Shown here: positions 1 through 10,156 of the stretch, in pieces | Numbering within the stretch: position 1 is the first letter of the stretch | Layout: each line of letters begins with the position of its first letter | From: a virus | Taxonomy: Duplodnaviria; Caudoviricetes | Virus record (IMG/VR): IMGVR_UViG_2531839301_000007 | Location: 14,596 to 78,595 of that record | Strand: one strand, 5' to 3' | Length of the DNA stretch: 64,000 bases | Notes under the pieces: model-generated | The model's input: only the letters and a program-made list of their open reading frames with translations | What the model was told of the DNA's origin: nothing | The model's database searches: none | Program-made: the position numbers and the translations under genes

Positions 1-1
1 A

Positions 2-250
2 TACGATAGACTTCACCACGCCGTCCTCGCCTGTGTTCATTTTGATATAGATCTGGAGCGCGGCAACGACTACGAAAACCGAGGCGACAGCGTAGCAGAT
101 GTACAGCACGTACAGCATCATCGTCACCACGAAGTCGTGCATCGTTGCCAGTGCGTCTGCACCCCAACTGTAGTTTACGCTGCCACTTTTGGCGAATGCC
201 GCATAAGGGACAAAGCACAGTGCACATAATATTTTTTTTGCTTTCGACAT
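2..250 (-). CDS. DUF4134/TraE-like conjugation membrane protein, runs off the window
   Basis: Hand translation MSKAKKILCALCFVPYAAFAKSG...ALQIYIKMNTGEDGVVKSIV; signal peptide plus hydrophobic helices. Confidence 0.65.
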   Translation of the reverse strand, partial: MSKAKKILCALCFVPYAAFAKSGSVNYSWGADALATMHDFVVTMMLYVLYICYAVASVFVVVAALQIYIKMNTGEDGVVKSIV

Positions 251-251
251 T

Positions 252-821
252 TTACAATCGGTCTTTGAGAGGTTTCCATACCAGTTTCGGACGGTTGCCC
301 GTCTTTCCTTTGGCAAGCATCGCTTTGTATAGTTCGTCTGCCGTGTATGCGTCCGACAGGTAGGTCTCGGTTTCTTCCATCTGTTCCTCCGCTTGGGCTT
401 TCAGGCGTTTTAGCTTCTCCGCCACGGCTATCTCGCCATTATTGTCTGCGGTTTCCGTCTCCCGTGGTGCAGGCGAAGCGGTAGGGGCAATATCTGTTTC
501 ATATTTCTCATTACCCACATTGAATCCCGTATCGCTCTCCGTCACGTACACACTCTGCTCATCTTCTGGCGCACCGAGGTCAAATACCTCTTCTTCCAGC
601 TTGCCATTTCCTTTTTTTCCATAAAGGTCCTGCACGATGATAACTGCATAATAGACGAGATAGGCAACCGTCAGGACAATGGTGAAAATAAAATATGATT
701 TCATATATTTTTGTATAATATGATTTTTATATTTGGTTGTGTGTGCAAAATAAGAATGGATAAGTTTAAAGATAAAATTATTGGCTACAAAACATATTAT
801 TTTAATATGATATTTTCTCAA
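252..821 (-). CDS. Hypothetical ICE membrane-anchored protein
   Basis: 189-aa ORF; hydrophobic segment YFIFTIVLTVAYLVYYAVIIV then acidic tail. Confidence 0.6.
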   Translation of the reverse strand: MRKYHIKIICFVANNFIFKLIHSYFAHTTKYKNHIIQKYMKSYFIFTIVLTVAYLVYYAVIIVQDLYGKKGNGKLEEEVFDLGAPEDEQSVYVTESDTGFNVGNEKYETDIAPTASPAPRETETADNNGEIAVAEKLKRLKAQAEEQMEETETYLSDAYTADELYKAMLAKGKTGNRPKLVWKPLKDRL

Positions 822-935
822 AATACAAAAATCATATTACAAAATCATATTCAAATACGATTTTACATAAGAAAGCAGGAAAAGTTGGGGTATAAAAAAA
901 GCCCTCCGTGAAGGAGAGCTTAGGGAGTGGGTTGT

Positions 936-1829
936 TCATTGTTTCTTCCCGCGTAGGTAGTCGTTTAGGTCTTTGTAACCGGCATAACGGTTGGACTCGT
1001 TATAGACGCGTCTATCATACATCCCGGCTACGGTTTCCACTGTCTTTTGTCCGGCAAGGTCATTGTCAAGGTAACAGTGGATATACGTGTATTTTTGCAG
1101 ATACGTCAATGTCTTTTTCAGATTACTGATCGAGTTCATAATAAGGTGGTCACAGGGAGCATTAATACAAATGGCACTATCGTCCGTCTGTTTGAGAGTC
1201 AGATAGGACAGAAAGTCCATGAACCCTTCAAACAGGCAGACACGGCTCTGTGTCTCACCACGCGATTGGAGTATCAAAGAAATGTCCTTGTTCTTGATAC
1301 ATCCTTTATAATAAGGGTTTCGCACCTCGTATCCACCGGATATGTTGCCAAAAGCCAGTGCAAAGTAACGTCGCTGGCGCAGTTCGTAATGCACTTCCTT
1401 ACAGAACATTCGTCCGATATCCGAATCAATCATACGTGAATGGAGATATGAGAACAGTGCGTGGTGTCGCAGCGGCACGATAATCAGATTTTTCATGTCG
1501 GCTTCCACGGGTCGGAACGTTGTGGGCAATGTCCGGGTTTTCGGTAGCGATACACCATTGACATGCCGTTCGATGTATGCTAATGCTTCACTCACACTTT
1601 TTGTTTCGCAAAGGTACTTACCCAGTTCCACAAGGTCGCCTCCGGTGGCCTCGCCAAAATCATACCATTCATTCAGCCGGTCATTGACTTTGAACGATGG
1701 CGTCACCTCTTTCCTGAGAGGCGAAAGATACCAGTATTGCTCTGATTTCATATACTGCGCACGGTGGCCGAGCTGGGCCAAAAAGTCCACGATACGCACT
1801 CGTTTTGCTTCATCTATGGTCATATTCAA
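936..1829 (-). CDS. DNA primase-like toprim protein
   Basis: N-terminal SPLR..E.TPSFKV..WYDFG, toprim FEGFMDFLS and LDND.AG motifs. Confidence 0.85.
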   Translation of the reverse strand: MNMTIDEAKRVRIVDFLAQLGHRAQYMKSEQYWYLSPLRKEVTPSFKVNDRLNEWYDFGEATGGDLVELGKYLCETKSVSEALAYIERHVNGVSLPKTRTLPTTFRPVEADMKNLIIVPLRHHALFSYLHSRMIDSDIGRMFCKEVHYELRQRRYFALAFGNISGGYEVRNPYYKGCIKNKDISLILQSRGETQSRVCLFEGFMDFLSYLTLKQTDDSAICINAPCDHLIMNSISNLKKTLTYLQKYTYIHCYLDNDLAGQKTVETVAGMYDRRVYNESNRYAGYKDLNDYLRGKKQ

Positions 1830-1929
1830 ATTCTTTTCACTTGTTTGCGCAAAAGCGGTTTAGTTTAGTTTGCGACCCTATATATATAAATACTAAATTA
1901 AACTGAATTATATAGGCCCGCGCCCGCTC

Positions 1930-3099
1930 TCATTCTTCATCGAAAAGCATGGTTTCTGCCTGTGTCATGTCATAATAAAAAAGTTTATCTCGTTTGATAA
2001 CCAGTTTTAAGGTGTCAGTCAGATATTGCAGCAGTTTGACCATTACGTTTCTCCCACGCTTAAATCCGATTGCCTCGTAAGCTGTCATCATGGCTTGCAG
2101 CATATTTTCAAACCCACGGATAGGTTTGTCTCCAAACGCAGCGGAAAGGGCTTCACGGTGCTGTTCGACGCTTAGTTCCATAAAACCCGTCCGCTGTTTA
2201 GGTTTCTGATGTGGGGCATTCTCAAACAAATGCCCTTCTGCGAGAACCGGGAGCCCGCCCTCATTAACAGTGAAAGCAAAGGGTTTAAACTCTTTCTCAC
2301 GGATGTGTAACGCATGAACCTCGCTGACGTTGGGACAATCGTTGTTTTTGCTGATGACCAGTACAGTCTCCGCCTTGTTGCTCATTTCCGTACCGATATG
2401 CCCGCGCACATTGTTATCTCCTTTATTCAAGTGTAGCACACAGTGGATATGCAGGTCATACTTTGATGACCACTCCATCATCTTGTTAATGACTTCCACG
2501 GACTCACCGGTACTGTTTATGTCAAGCATCAGGTCACGGATACCGTCGATGATAACAAGTCCGTATCCTTTTCTTTGACGTAAGGCGTAGTCGATGACCC
2601 CAATGCGTATTGCCGGAGAGTATTCGCGCAAGCAAATAAAGTCGAGGTTTTCACTGTCGGTTGTAGTGGGCAGTCCGGCAAGCCGCAAGATGCGTTCCAG
2701 TACATTGTGACAATGGAAGCGGCTCTGCTCCGTGTCCACGTACAGAATCTTGCGTTTACCTTCCGGGAGGTGCGCCCGGTAGTTCAGCACTTGTTTCCCT
2801 GCCAGCGATGCAGCGACAATGGCCGAAACGTTAAATGTTTTTTTTGATTTCGCCTTGCCGGTTGATGCGCTGAAGTTGCCGAGCGTAGCAATGGTCGAGT
2901 TGTCTATCCAGATAATCTGTGGCGGCGTTTCATAGGTATCCGTCGCCCGAATCTGCGAGGCGGAGAGGATATCCGATAAGAAATCCTCCTCCGGCCTCAT
3001 ATCCACATTATATTCAGTTCTTCTTTCGTTTTCCATGGCGTCTTTGATTAAAGAAAGGTTGTGTGGCAGCGGCCTCGTTTGCCATACGTGCTGCTTCAT
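1930..3099 (-). CDS. AAA-family ATPase/helicase of mobile element (start may be 3036)
   Basis: Walker A-like TGKAKSKKT, VDTEQ, IIDGIRD, HLNK motifs. Confidence 0.85.
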   Translation of the reverse strand: MKQHVWQTRPLPHNLSLIKDAMENERRTEYNVDMRPEEDFLSDILSASQIRATDTYETPPQIIWIDNSTIATLGNFSASTGKAKSKKTFNVSAIVAASLAGKQVLNYRAHLPEGKRKILYVDTEQSRFHCHNVLERILRLAGLPTTTDSENLDFICLREYSPAIRIGVIDYALRQRKGYGLVIIDGIRDLMLDINSTGESVEVINKMMEWSSKYDLHIHCVLHLNKGDNNVRGHIGTEMSNKAETVLVISKNNDCPNVSEVHALHIREKEFKPFAFTVNEGGLPVLAEGHLFENAPHQKPKQRTGFMELSVEQHREALSAAFGDKPIRGFENMLQAMMTAYEAIGFKRGRNVMVKLLQYLTDTLKLVIKRDKLFYYDMTQAETMLFDEE

Positions 3100-3412
3100 C
3101 TACGGTTGGTTCATAATTCTGCAAAAGCCATTCGTCCAGATCTTCTTTGGCGAAATATATCATTTTGCCACGTGGCTTGTAGTGCGGAATCTCCTTGCCT
3201 GATGTTAGCTTGTACAGCATACTCTCGGATATTCCGATATACATACAAGCCTCTTGGAAGGTAAACACCTGTTTGGTGGTATATATATTTTTTTCCAGCA
3301 ATGCGATGCGTTCCAACAGACTTTCTATCGGATCTAATTTCTTTAGGATGGCTTCGACGCTTGTAAGCCGTTCACTCAGCCGTTCCATGAATGTCAATCT
3401 ATTATTTTGCAT
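3014..3412 (-). CDS. xis: Excisionase-like HTH protein
   Basis: FTFQEACMYIGISESMLYKLTS..EIPHYKP.GK..YF is a typical HTH_17 pattern. Confidence 0.85.
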   Translation of the reverse strand: MQNNRLTFMERLSERLTSVEAILKKLDPIESLLERIALLEKNIYTTKQVFTFQEACMYIGISESMLYKLTSGKEIPHYKPRGKMIYFAKEDLDEWLLQNYEPTVDEAARMANEAAATQPFFNQRRHGKRKKN

Positions 3413-3588
3413 AAATGAGTTATTATAAATTTAGACAATGAAGTATATCCTCCGTTATGTAGCGCGCTAACGGAGGTCAAAGATAGGGCAACCCAAAAGG
3501 TCAGCGTGAGTTTGTACCGTGATAGTAACCACGTATCACGGCAACTGTCACGCTTTTACCTTTCACATACTTCGCTTATTGGCACTTC

Positions 3589-4362
3589 TTACCACTCTCT
3601 CAGTTCATCAATGGCTCGTCTGATACCGTAACCTGTTGATGTCATGTTGTTACGCAAGGCAGACAGAGCGGATGAAAGGCTTGAAGCTGAAACGAATCCT
3701 TTTCCATCCTTGGTTTGCAAGAACCGCCCACTACTGAGAACGGACTGCCATTTGGCTTGGATAAACGAGTGCTCAAGGAGTGTATCAAACAGGATGGCCA
3801 CATGGCGGATATTGTTTACACGAATACAGAATCCTTCTTTACAGGAAAGCAGGGCTTCCATATCTTCAACGTGTAGGGTAGAAACGCAAAACAGATGATA
3901 AGCATTGGCACAAGCTGTAATACCTATCATCTGTTTACGAGTGAGATTGCATCCAAAAGAAAGAGGATAAATTCTTGTCGGTCCATCTTTGCAGCACGTG
4001 ACGGACTGTGATGGTGGCACAAACGTATCATACGTTCGTTTCAGTTCCATACACTTCTCGAACGAGAAGTCTGCTTCGGTAAAAAATGCTCGGATAAGAT
4101 GGGAGCAATCGTTTAATAGCCCCTTGACGATATGAATGTTCATTTCATGGCAGTTCCGGCAGACCGCATGGTCACAGTCGATATACCGGTGGCTGTTTAC
4201 GAAATCCTCCACGTAACGGTAGTACTGCTTATTGCCCGTCACGACATCACGGAGATACATTGTTTTTGCTTCAACGAGCAATGCGAATAATTCTTTCGCT
4301 ACATCCTGTTCTGCAACAAAATGGTGCAGATGTTTTTTCCCTCCAAAAAGAGAGAGAGCCAT
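3589..4362 (-). CDS. Hypothetical ICE protein
   Basis: 257-aa ORF between integrase and xis. Confidence 0.6.
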   Translation of the reverse strand: MALSLFGGKKHLHHFVAEQDVAKELFALLVEAKTMYLRDVVTGNKQYYRYVEDFVNSHRYIDCDHAVCRNCHEMNIHIVKGLLNDCSHLIRAFFTEADFSFEKCMELKRTYDTFVPPSQSVTCCKDGPTRIYPLSFGCNLTRKQMIGITACANAYHLFCVSTLHVEDMEALLSCKEGFCIRVNNIRHVAILFDTLLEHSFIQAKWQSVLSSGRFLQTKDGKGFVSASSLSSALSALRNNMTSTGYGIRRAIDELREW

Positions 4363-4495
4363 TGTTAGGTCTTTTCATGATGAAATATTTTAAATTGGAT
4401 TTATATGATATATTATAAGAGTGTTGCTCCCGAAAGAGAATCCTGTCGGAACAACACCCTTATAAGTGATTACATATCTGATGTTCATTGCATTG

Positions 4496-5626
4496 TCAAT
4501 CGAATAAACCGTTGGTCAGATTTACTGCATCGTCTTTTTTCTTATTGACGATTTTGGCATACACTTGGGTCATCTTTACAGATGTATGACCGAGTAATTT
4601 AGATACAGTGTACAAATCGGCCCCCAATGTCAGCATCATTGTGGCGAACGTGTGGCGGGCGGTATGAAAGGTGAATCGCTTGGAAATTCCGGCGGCTTTG
4701 GCCCATGGTTTGATAAGCTGGTTGATACCAGAAGGCAAATCGAACACATGGTCGTCTGCTGTCTTGTCCCCACGTTCCGGCATCCACTTCAACGCTTCAT
4801 TGGAGAGCGGAAGGTAAATCGGTTCTTTCGTCTTCTGCATGGCTACTGCCAAGCGGTATTGGCCGTTGTCAATAAACACATCTTTCCATTGCAATCCGAT
4901 AATGTCACTGATACGTAGTCCACAGAAGCAGGAGAACAGGTAGGCACTTTTTACCCCTTCGTTCTGCATTGGTGTAGCGATTAATGATCTCACTTCTTCA
5001 ATAGTCATATACGAACGCACACTTTCCGGCATCTTGGGCTTCTCCGATTTTTCCATTTCGTTGAATGGATTCTTTAAGATCCGTTTCGCACGGACAGCGG
5101 CATTTAACGCACCGTTGAAAATCTGGTAATAGGTATTACGCGTAGAAGCCGAGATGGGTTTTCCTTTGGGACGGTAGTTTGTCAGCATATAGTCGATATA
5201 GCCGTGGCAAAAAGTGAGGTCAATCTGATTTAATGTGAATCTTTCTCCTGCATACTCTTTCAAGATATCGGTAACAGATTTTATCTGGCCTATGTTTTTC
5301 TTACCACGTTTCTTCTGTTCCTCTTTATAGAGTTGCATCCAGTCCAGCAGATAAACCTTATCCTTGTGATTCATGATACCGGCTTCACCACTTGTCAACT
5401 CTATGATACGCTTCGATTTGATTGCATTTGCGGCAGCCATTGTCGTTTCGTTCTGTTGGCGGGCATTACGATCCGTTTCCGGAATAAGATACATTTTCAG
5501 ATACTCGTATGTCCGCTTACCATTTCGGTATATATCCAGATACAAACTCTTGCTGCCATTGGCCAACTCCTTCGTCCGAAGACGAATCGGCTCCTTTACT
5601 TTTATTGGCTTTCTGGTCCTTGGCAT
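4496..5626 (-). CDS. int: Tyrosine recombinase/integrase
   Basis: Arm-binding N-terminus SLYLDIY..GKR.YEYL; catalytic GLRISD, FHTARHTFAT, LLGH, TQVY. Confidence 0.95.
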   Translation of the reverse strand: MPRTRKPIKVKEPIRLRTKELANGSKSLYLDIYRNGKRTYEYLKMYLIPETDRNARQQNETTMAAANAIKSKRIIELTSGEAGIMNHKDKVYLLDWMQLYKEEQKKRGKKNIGQIKSVTDILKEYAGERFTLNQIDLTFCHGYIDYMLTNYRPKGKPISASTRNTYYQIFNGALNAAVRAKRILKNPFNEMEKSEKPKMPESVRSYMTIEEVRSLIATPMQNEGVKSAYLFSCFCGLRISDIIGLQWKDVFIDNGQYRLAVAMQKTKEPIYLPLSNEALKWMPERGDKTADDHVFDLPSGINQLIKPWAKAAGISKRFTFHTARHTFATMMLTLGADLYTVSKLLGHTSVKMTQVYAKIVNKKKDDAVNLTNGLFD

Positions 5627-5859
5627 ATTTGTGTCCTTTTATTCGTTATTTCCTATCACAAAGGTACAAATAAAAAACGAAATCAAGAAACAAACAAGAA
5701 ACAAAAATGCACCTAAAAAGAGCAAAGCAACAGAAAACGTAGAAAACAACTGAAAATAAAAACTCGTATATAAATTATTGATATATAGATGATTTATCTA
5801 TATTTATTTGGAACTTGTTTTCATTTTATATATGTCTTTATGATTATTGGTAAGGAAAA

Positions 5860-6081
5860 ATGACAATGGAAGAAAAGAAGGTAAAAGTGTCTATGGAATT
5901 AGACAAAGATGTGTTTCAAGCATTTTGCTTTATGATGGGAGAGAAATTGACCGATGAACTATGGAGTAAGCTAACAGCCGAAGAAATTGCTATCAACGTA
6001 GATGAAATGGGTGAAGAGGCACAACAAATTAAATTGGCTTTTTCTGCGTTTGCCATTGCAATGGTAGCGGATAAGAAGTAA
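5860..6081 (+). CDS. Phage hypothetical protein
   Basis: 73-aa ORF, first of a tightly packed run. Confidence 0.6.
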   Translation: MTMEEKKVKVSMELDKDVFQAFCFMMGEKLTDELWSKLTAEEIAINVDEMGEEAQQIKLAFSAFAIAMVADKK

Positions 6082-6085
6082 TAAT

Positions 6086-6307
6086 ATGGCTGTAAAATTC
6101 AGACATAAAGAAACCGGATTATTCTTTTGCCGGGCAAAAGGTTTATCTCCTTCGAGAAGAGATTATGATAAGCTGGGAGAAGAAGGAGTTTTCAGGAAAA
6201 GGCATTTGTCTAAGCGAGGAAGAATCTATGAAACCGCTACTGAAAATCAGAAACGGGATTGGATCGGCAAGAAACATGCTGATGAATTTGAAATTGTAAC
6301 TGTATAA
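6086..6307 (+). CDS. Phage hypothetical protein
   Basis: 73-aa ORF in operon. Confidence 0.6.
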   Translation: MAVKFRHKETGLFFCRAKGLSPSRRDYDKLGEEGVFRKRHLSKRGRIYETATENQKRDWIGKKHADEFEIVTV

Positions 6308-6319
6308 CCAAACAACAAA

Positions 6320-6610
6320 ATGGCAAAGAACACTAAGTATATGCTTTGTATCACAAGGCTATTTGAATCTACTTCCAACCGGAAGATTGAACTGTATGAC
6401 GTGTTATGTAAGAAACATTGGTGGCAAAGATTCACTTCTATTCACCCTACGTTTCTATCTCTTAAAGATGCACATGGAGCTATTGTAGAGAACTCCAAAA
6501 CTCCATCCATTACTGTAACTATAATGCTGAATGGAAAGCCACAATCTATCGGTACATATAAGAGGATTAACGATGGAGCTTACGAACGAGTAATGACGAA
6601 AAATTTATAA
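6320..6610 (+). CDS. Phage hypothetical protein
   Basis: 96-aa ORF in operon. Confidence 0.55.
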   Translation: MAKNTKYMLCITRLFESTSNRKIELYDVLCKKHWWQRFTSIHPTFLSLKDAHGAIVENSKTPSITVTIMLNGKPQSIGTYKRINDGAYERVMTKNL

Positions 6611-6629
6611 ATCACAAACAATTTTAGGT

Positions 6630-7007
6630 ATGAGTAAAAAGGCACCATTGCAATTTGGCAATTTTACTATTACAAGAGATAGTAGTAACGAACATGATTG
6701 GATTAGTATTAAGGCTATATCCGGCTTTTGGACAATGCGGTTCCGGGATGATAACGAGATGTTTGAGCGGATTCGTCTACTGGCAAACAACAAAGATTTC
6801 GGTGAGTATATGGACACATGGATTAAGGTAAACTTTCTTATGTCAAATTGTACTCCTGATGCTGAATTTATGAAAGACTTCTTCGAGGCTTATACCAAGA
6901 TGAATGAAAGATTGATTTCTCGCCGGAAGCAAATCTCGGAAGAAGAAGACAAAGCCATTTTGGAGCAAGAGAAAGCTGCCTACGAACTTAAAGAGCAAGC
7001 AAAATGA
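6630..7007 (+). CDS. Phage hypothetical protein
   Basis: 125-aa ORF overlapping the next start by 4 nt. Confidence 0.65.
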   Translation: MSKKAPLQFGNFTITRDSSNEHDWISIKAISGFWTMRFRDDNEMFERIRLLANNKDFGEYMDTWIKVNFLMSNCTPDAEFMKDFFEAYTKMNERLISRRKQISEEEDKAILEQEKAAYELKEQAK

Positions 7008-7366
7008 AGGTTCCAATTAGTAATATGACTTTTGCCGAAAGCCAATTCAATGGTGAAGGTGGTTCATGGAAAGCCCAAACACTGTATGATTTTGCTAAAG
7101 CAAAAGAATATCCTATAATGGATATGCCTTTATGGTGTGTAGATTTGAGTACCGATGCCTTTGAATGTGGCAGTCTTAAAGATTTCATCTTCCAATGTAA
7201 AAGAGTAAATGATACCTCTCTTGATTATCCTATCATACTTGATGATAAAGGTCAAATAGCGGATGGTTATCATCGCTTATGCAAGGCGATATTGGAGGGA
7301 CGGGAAACTATAAAGGCTATTCGGATGCTGGAAATGCCTGCACCTGATAAAGTTGATAATAATTAG
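7004..7366 (+). CDS. ParB/Srx-like N-terminal domain protein
   Basis: YPIILD..GQIADGYHRL motif. Confidence 0.65.
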   Translation: MKVPISNMTFAESQFNGEGGSWKAQTLYDFAKAKEYPIMDMPLWCVDLSTDAFECGSLKDFIFQCKRVNDTSLDYPIILDDKGQIADGYHRLCKAILEGRETIKAIRMLEMPAPDKVDNN

Positions 7367-7585
7367 TTTATTTATATCTTTGTTCCGGCAATCGGTCATT
7401 ACTCCTATAAGTTCAGTGCATCGTTCCTGGCGAACCTCTGCTGGAAGCTGAATACCGATTGTCTTTATTGTATAAATAAAAGGCTGCCCCCACTTAACAG
7501 AGTTAGATGGGGGCTTAACTTTTTCAACGCTTGGTTGATAAGCAAACTTCTACATTGCAAATGTAGTCAATAGATTCATGGGTAC

Positions 7586-7891
7586 TTATCTTTTCAGTCT
7601 TTTATTTGTAGGCTTCTTGGGATATTTTTGATTTATTCTCTTTTGTAAATCATCGTTTATACTTTCTTCCAAAAGGATTTTAGAATTGAGCACCCGGACT
7701 TCTCCGGTAAGTTCCATGATTGTTTTAGCCTGAAGAGCATTTTGTTTTGAAAGCTCGACGTTGGTAATTGCCAACTTGCTACATTCAGATGCAAGCTGAT
7801 TCCATTTTTTTGTAGTGATAATTTTGATTCCAAACATAATATTGAGGTTTAAATATCTATTTCGTATATCGGTACTATATAACAGCAGCAA
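7586..7891 (-). CDS. Phage hypothetical coiled-coil protein
   Basis: ORF at end of portal operon. Confidence 0.5.
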   Translation of the reverse strand: MLLLYSTDIRNRYLNLNIMFGIKIITTKKWNQLASECSKLAITNVELSKQNALQAKTIMELTGEVRVLNSKILLEESINDDLQKRINQKYPKKPTNKRLKR

Positions 7892-8652
7892 TGCGCATGG
7901 TATGGCGGTACCGGGTCGCCGTTACTAAAGACATGGAAATAAGTAGTTTCATCATCACATTGCTGGCATGGATAACTACTGCCCCTAAATGACATGAAAC
8001 CTATTGCTCCACTCTTTTGAGCTATCATGGCAAAGTAATCCATCCAGCCCTCGGCTATGGCGAAGTTGGTTAGATTATCAAGTGCAGTGAAAGAACTATT
8101 TGTACGTCCCACACCGTATGTTTCCGGGACTTTCAATCTTGATATTACCGGGAAGCCCTGTGATGTAGCCTGTCTTATGTGTCGATTGAATAAAGGACTC
8201 TTCCGACTTTCTTTAATGGAAGACAATAATTCACCTTCCGCAACATTGAGTAATACGCCGGATGCTATGGCTACTTCCAGTTCTTTTTTGAATTGGGTAG
8301 TATATGCGTTGATACGATCAACAAGAGTTTTTCCATGACTCTCTCGGTTGATAAAAGAAATGATATGTTCTTTTTCATCCGTATGGGTTGCCACGGCAAG
8401 CGTTTCTGTATAATCCTCAATAAGCTCCCGAAGGTTAGCTATAATAGTTTCCACTTCTTCTTGTAGCTCTTTGTTATAAGAGAAACTGAATTGATTTGTG
8501 GGAACGTTGTATTTGTAGGATACAGCGATTATCTCCTTTGCAGCTTGATACATAATGGCAAGTAGATTGTTCTCCATTGAAAGTTCTGCATTAAGCCTTT
8601 GCCGGAGATAGTCTTTCGCTTCTTCTATTTCCTTACTCGTTGGTTGTTTCAT
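7849..8652 (-). CDS. Head morphogenesis protein (SPP1 gp7/MuF-like)
   Basis: Follows portal; C-terminal CQQC...PPYHAHCCC motif. Confidence 0.7.
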   Translation of the reverse strand: MKQPTSKEIEEAKDYLRQRLNAELSMENNLLAIMYQAAKEIIAVSYKYNVPTNQFSFSYNKELQEEVETIIANLRELIEDYTETLAVATHTDEKEHIISFINRESHGKTLVDRINAYTTQFKKELEVAIASGVLLNVAEGELLSSIKESRKSPLFNRHIRQATSQGFPVISRLKVPETYGVGRTNSSFTALDNLTNFAIAEGWMDYFAMIAQKSGAIGFMSFRGSSYPCQQCDDETTYFHVFSNGDPVPPYHAHCCCYIVPIYEIDI

Positions 8653-10156
8653 CTTTATTTTCTTCGCTTATCTTAGCTGTTTGCTGTTGTGATTTCAACT
8701 GATAAAGTAGGTCTGCCGACTGTTCTTCCTTCTTTTCCCGCATGATTCTATCCCATTCATTATTTCTGCCGTACCCGCTAAGTTCGGATGCGCTTTCTTT
8801 GGACAAGAAACCACCGCCAACCGCTTGTACAAGGTTGCTGATAAGTTCTGCGGCGTTCTGATGCACATACGGTTCTGCCCATGACAAAACTTTCATATTG
8901 GCAAATGGAGTACTCATTTTTCTCTCGATACCATAACCGTAAATGAATAGTCTCTTCATTGTATCAATGGAAGAATCAAACTCTTTGCAGTCTATCATAG
9001 CTTTCTCCAAAGATGGAGAATAAATCAGCTTGATTGCTACACCCGGTAAATCACCTGATTTTACTTCAGGGGGCATTACAGTGAAACTTCCCATGAATAT
9101 CATCTTCAGGAGAGTATTGAACTGTAACTCGAATGATTGTGAAGATTCCGGTCTGTTCATAAATCCAGCATCATCTTCTTTGCCCATTGTTATAGCTTTT
9201 ACCGCACCGTACATGTCACCTTTGATTTCAACATCTTCACCTTTAAGTAACATAATGGGAAAGGCATAAGCCATATTGTTTTGACAAAGGTGTGAAACTG
9301 CAAGCTCGAAATCATCTATATTGCTTTGTGAGAAAGACCAACACGCGCCATGCTTATCACGAAGATATACTACTGGACATTCTTCAAACTGATGAAGTTC
9401 TTTGCTATCCAATTCATACCCATCTATTCCAAATATCTCTTTAAGTTTGTTTACCGCTCCCTTAAATCCGGCTTTTGTCTGCCGATAGCGATAGAGGTAT
9501 TTGTTATCCCATAATTCTACCCATGAAACAAGCTCCTTACCTTCAGAGTCGTAGTCACTGTATTGCCGGGCAAAATATTCCATCTTTCCGGTAATGGAGT
9601 TTGTATGTGGATATAATATATCTCCATCGAAGAATGAAAGAACTTTGGTTCCCACTTCTCCTTTATCCATATAGAATACAACCGCTCCATCTCCGGTGAT
9701 CTTTACGCTCTTTGCAAATTCGTAGAACGTAATCTCCATGTTTTTATCCAGCCACCCTTTCTGAAATTCAAGGAAGGATTCTTTCAATTTATCATCAACT
9801 TGTGCGGCTGTAAGTTCATGGTGAATATCATTTCCGCAGAGGTGAACAAGTTGCTGAATGGTAATAATCATTTGGAAGGGGAAAGCGACACGCATAACCT
9901 TCTCTTCAAAGAAGCGTTTATTCCCATTTTCGTCTTCCTCGAATTTGATGCGATTAGGATAAAATGCCGGAGAATTTATCTTGTGACCGGATGGATAAAA
10001 CTCTCTGATAAAATCCGCTTGGGATAAAATCTGATATTCTATCTTGTTGTTATAATACGAAGCGATTGATAAATCACTTGTAGTTTTGCCATTAAGATAG
10101 CCTGTTGGCGTTACTCTTGTAAACGGCTTTTTGGTAAGAACTTCATTTTTAATCAT
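8633..10156 (-). CDS. Portal protein
   Basis: 507 aa directly downstream of terminase; SGVA-like LPGVAIK and helical C-terminus. Confidence 0.8.
   Translation of the reverse strand: MIKNEVLTKKPFTRVTPTGYLNGKTTSDLSIASYYNNKIEYQILSQADFIREFYPSGHKINSPAFYPNRIKFEEDENGNKRFFEEKVMRVAFPFQMIITIQQLVHLCGNDIHHELTAAQVDDKLKESFLEFQKGWLDKNMEITFYEFAKSVKITGDGAVVFYMDKGEVGTKVLSFFDGDILYPHTNSITGKMEYFARQYSDYDSEGKELVSWVELWDNKYLYRYRQTKAGFKGAVNKLKEIFGIDGYELDSKELHQFEECPVVYLRDKHGACWSFSQSNIDDFELAVSHLCQNNMAYAFPIMLLKGEDVEIKGDMYGAVKAITMGKEDDAGFMNRPESSQSFELQFNTLLKMIFMGSFTVMPPEVKSGDLPGVAIKLIYSPSLEKAMIDCKEFDSSIDTMKRLFIYGYGIERKMSTPFANMKVLSWAEPYVHQNAAELISNLVQAVGGGFLSKESASELSGYGRNNEWDRIMREKKEEQSADLLYQLKSQQQTAKISEENKDETTNE

Larger units (their letters stand above)
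1..5830 (-). mobile_element. Right end of an integrative conjugative/mobilizable element (right boundary approximate)
   Basis: Co-oriented integrase, xis, AAA ATPase, toprim primase and DUF4134-like gene; AT-rich end with AAGAAACAAA direct repeats at ~5684-5703. Confidence 0.8.
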
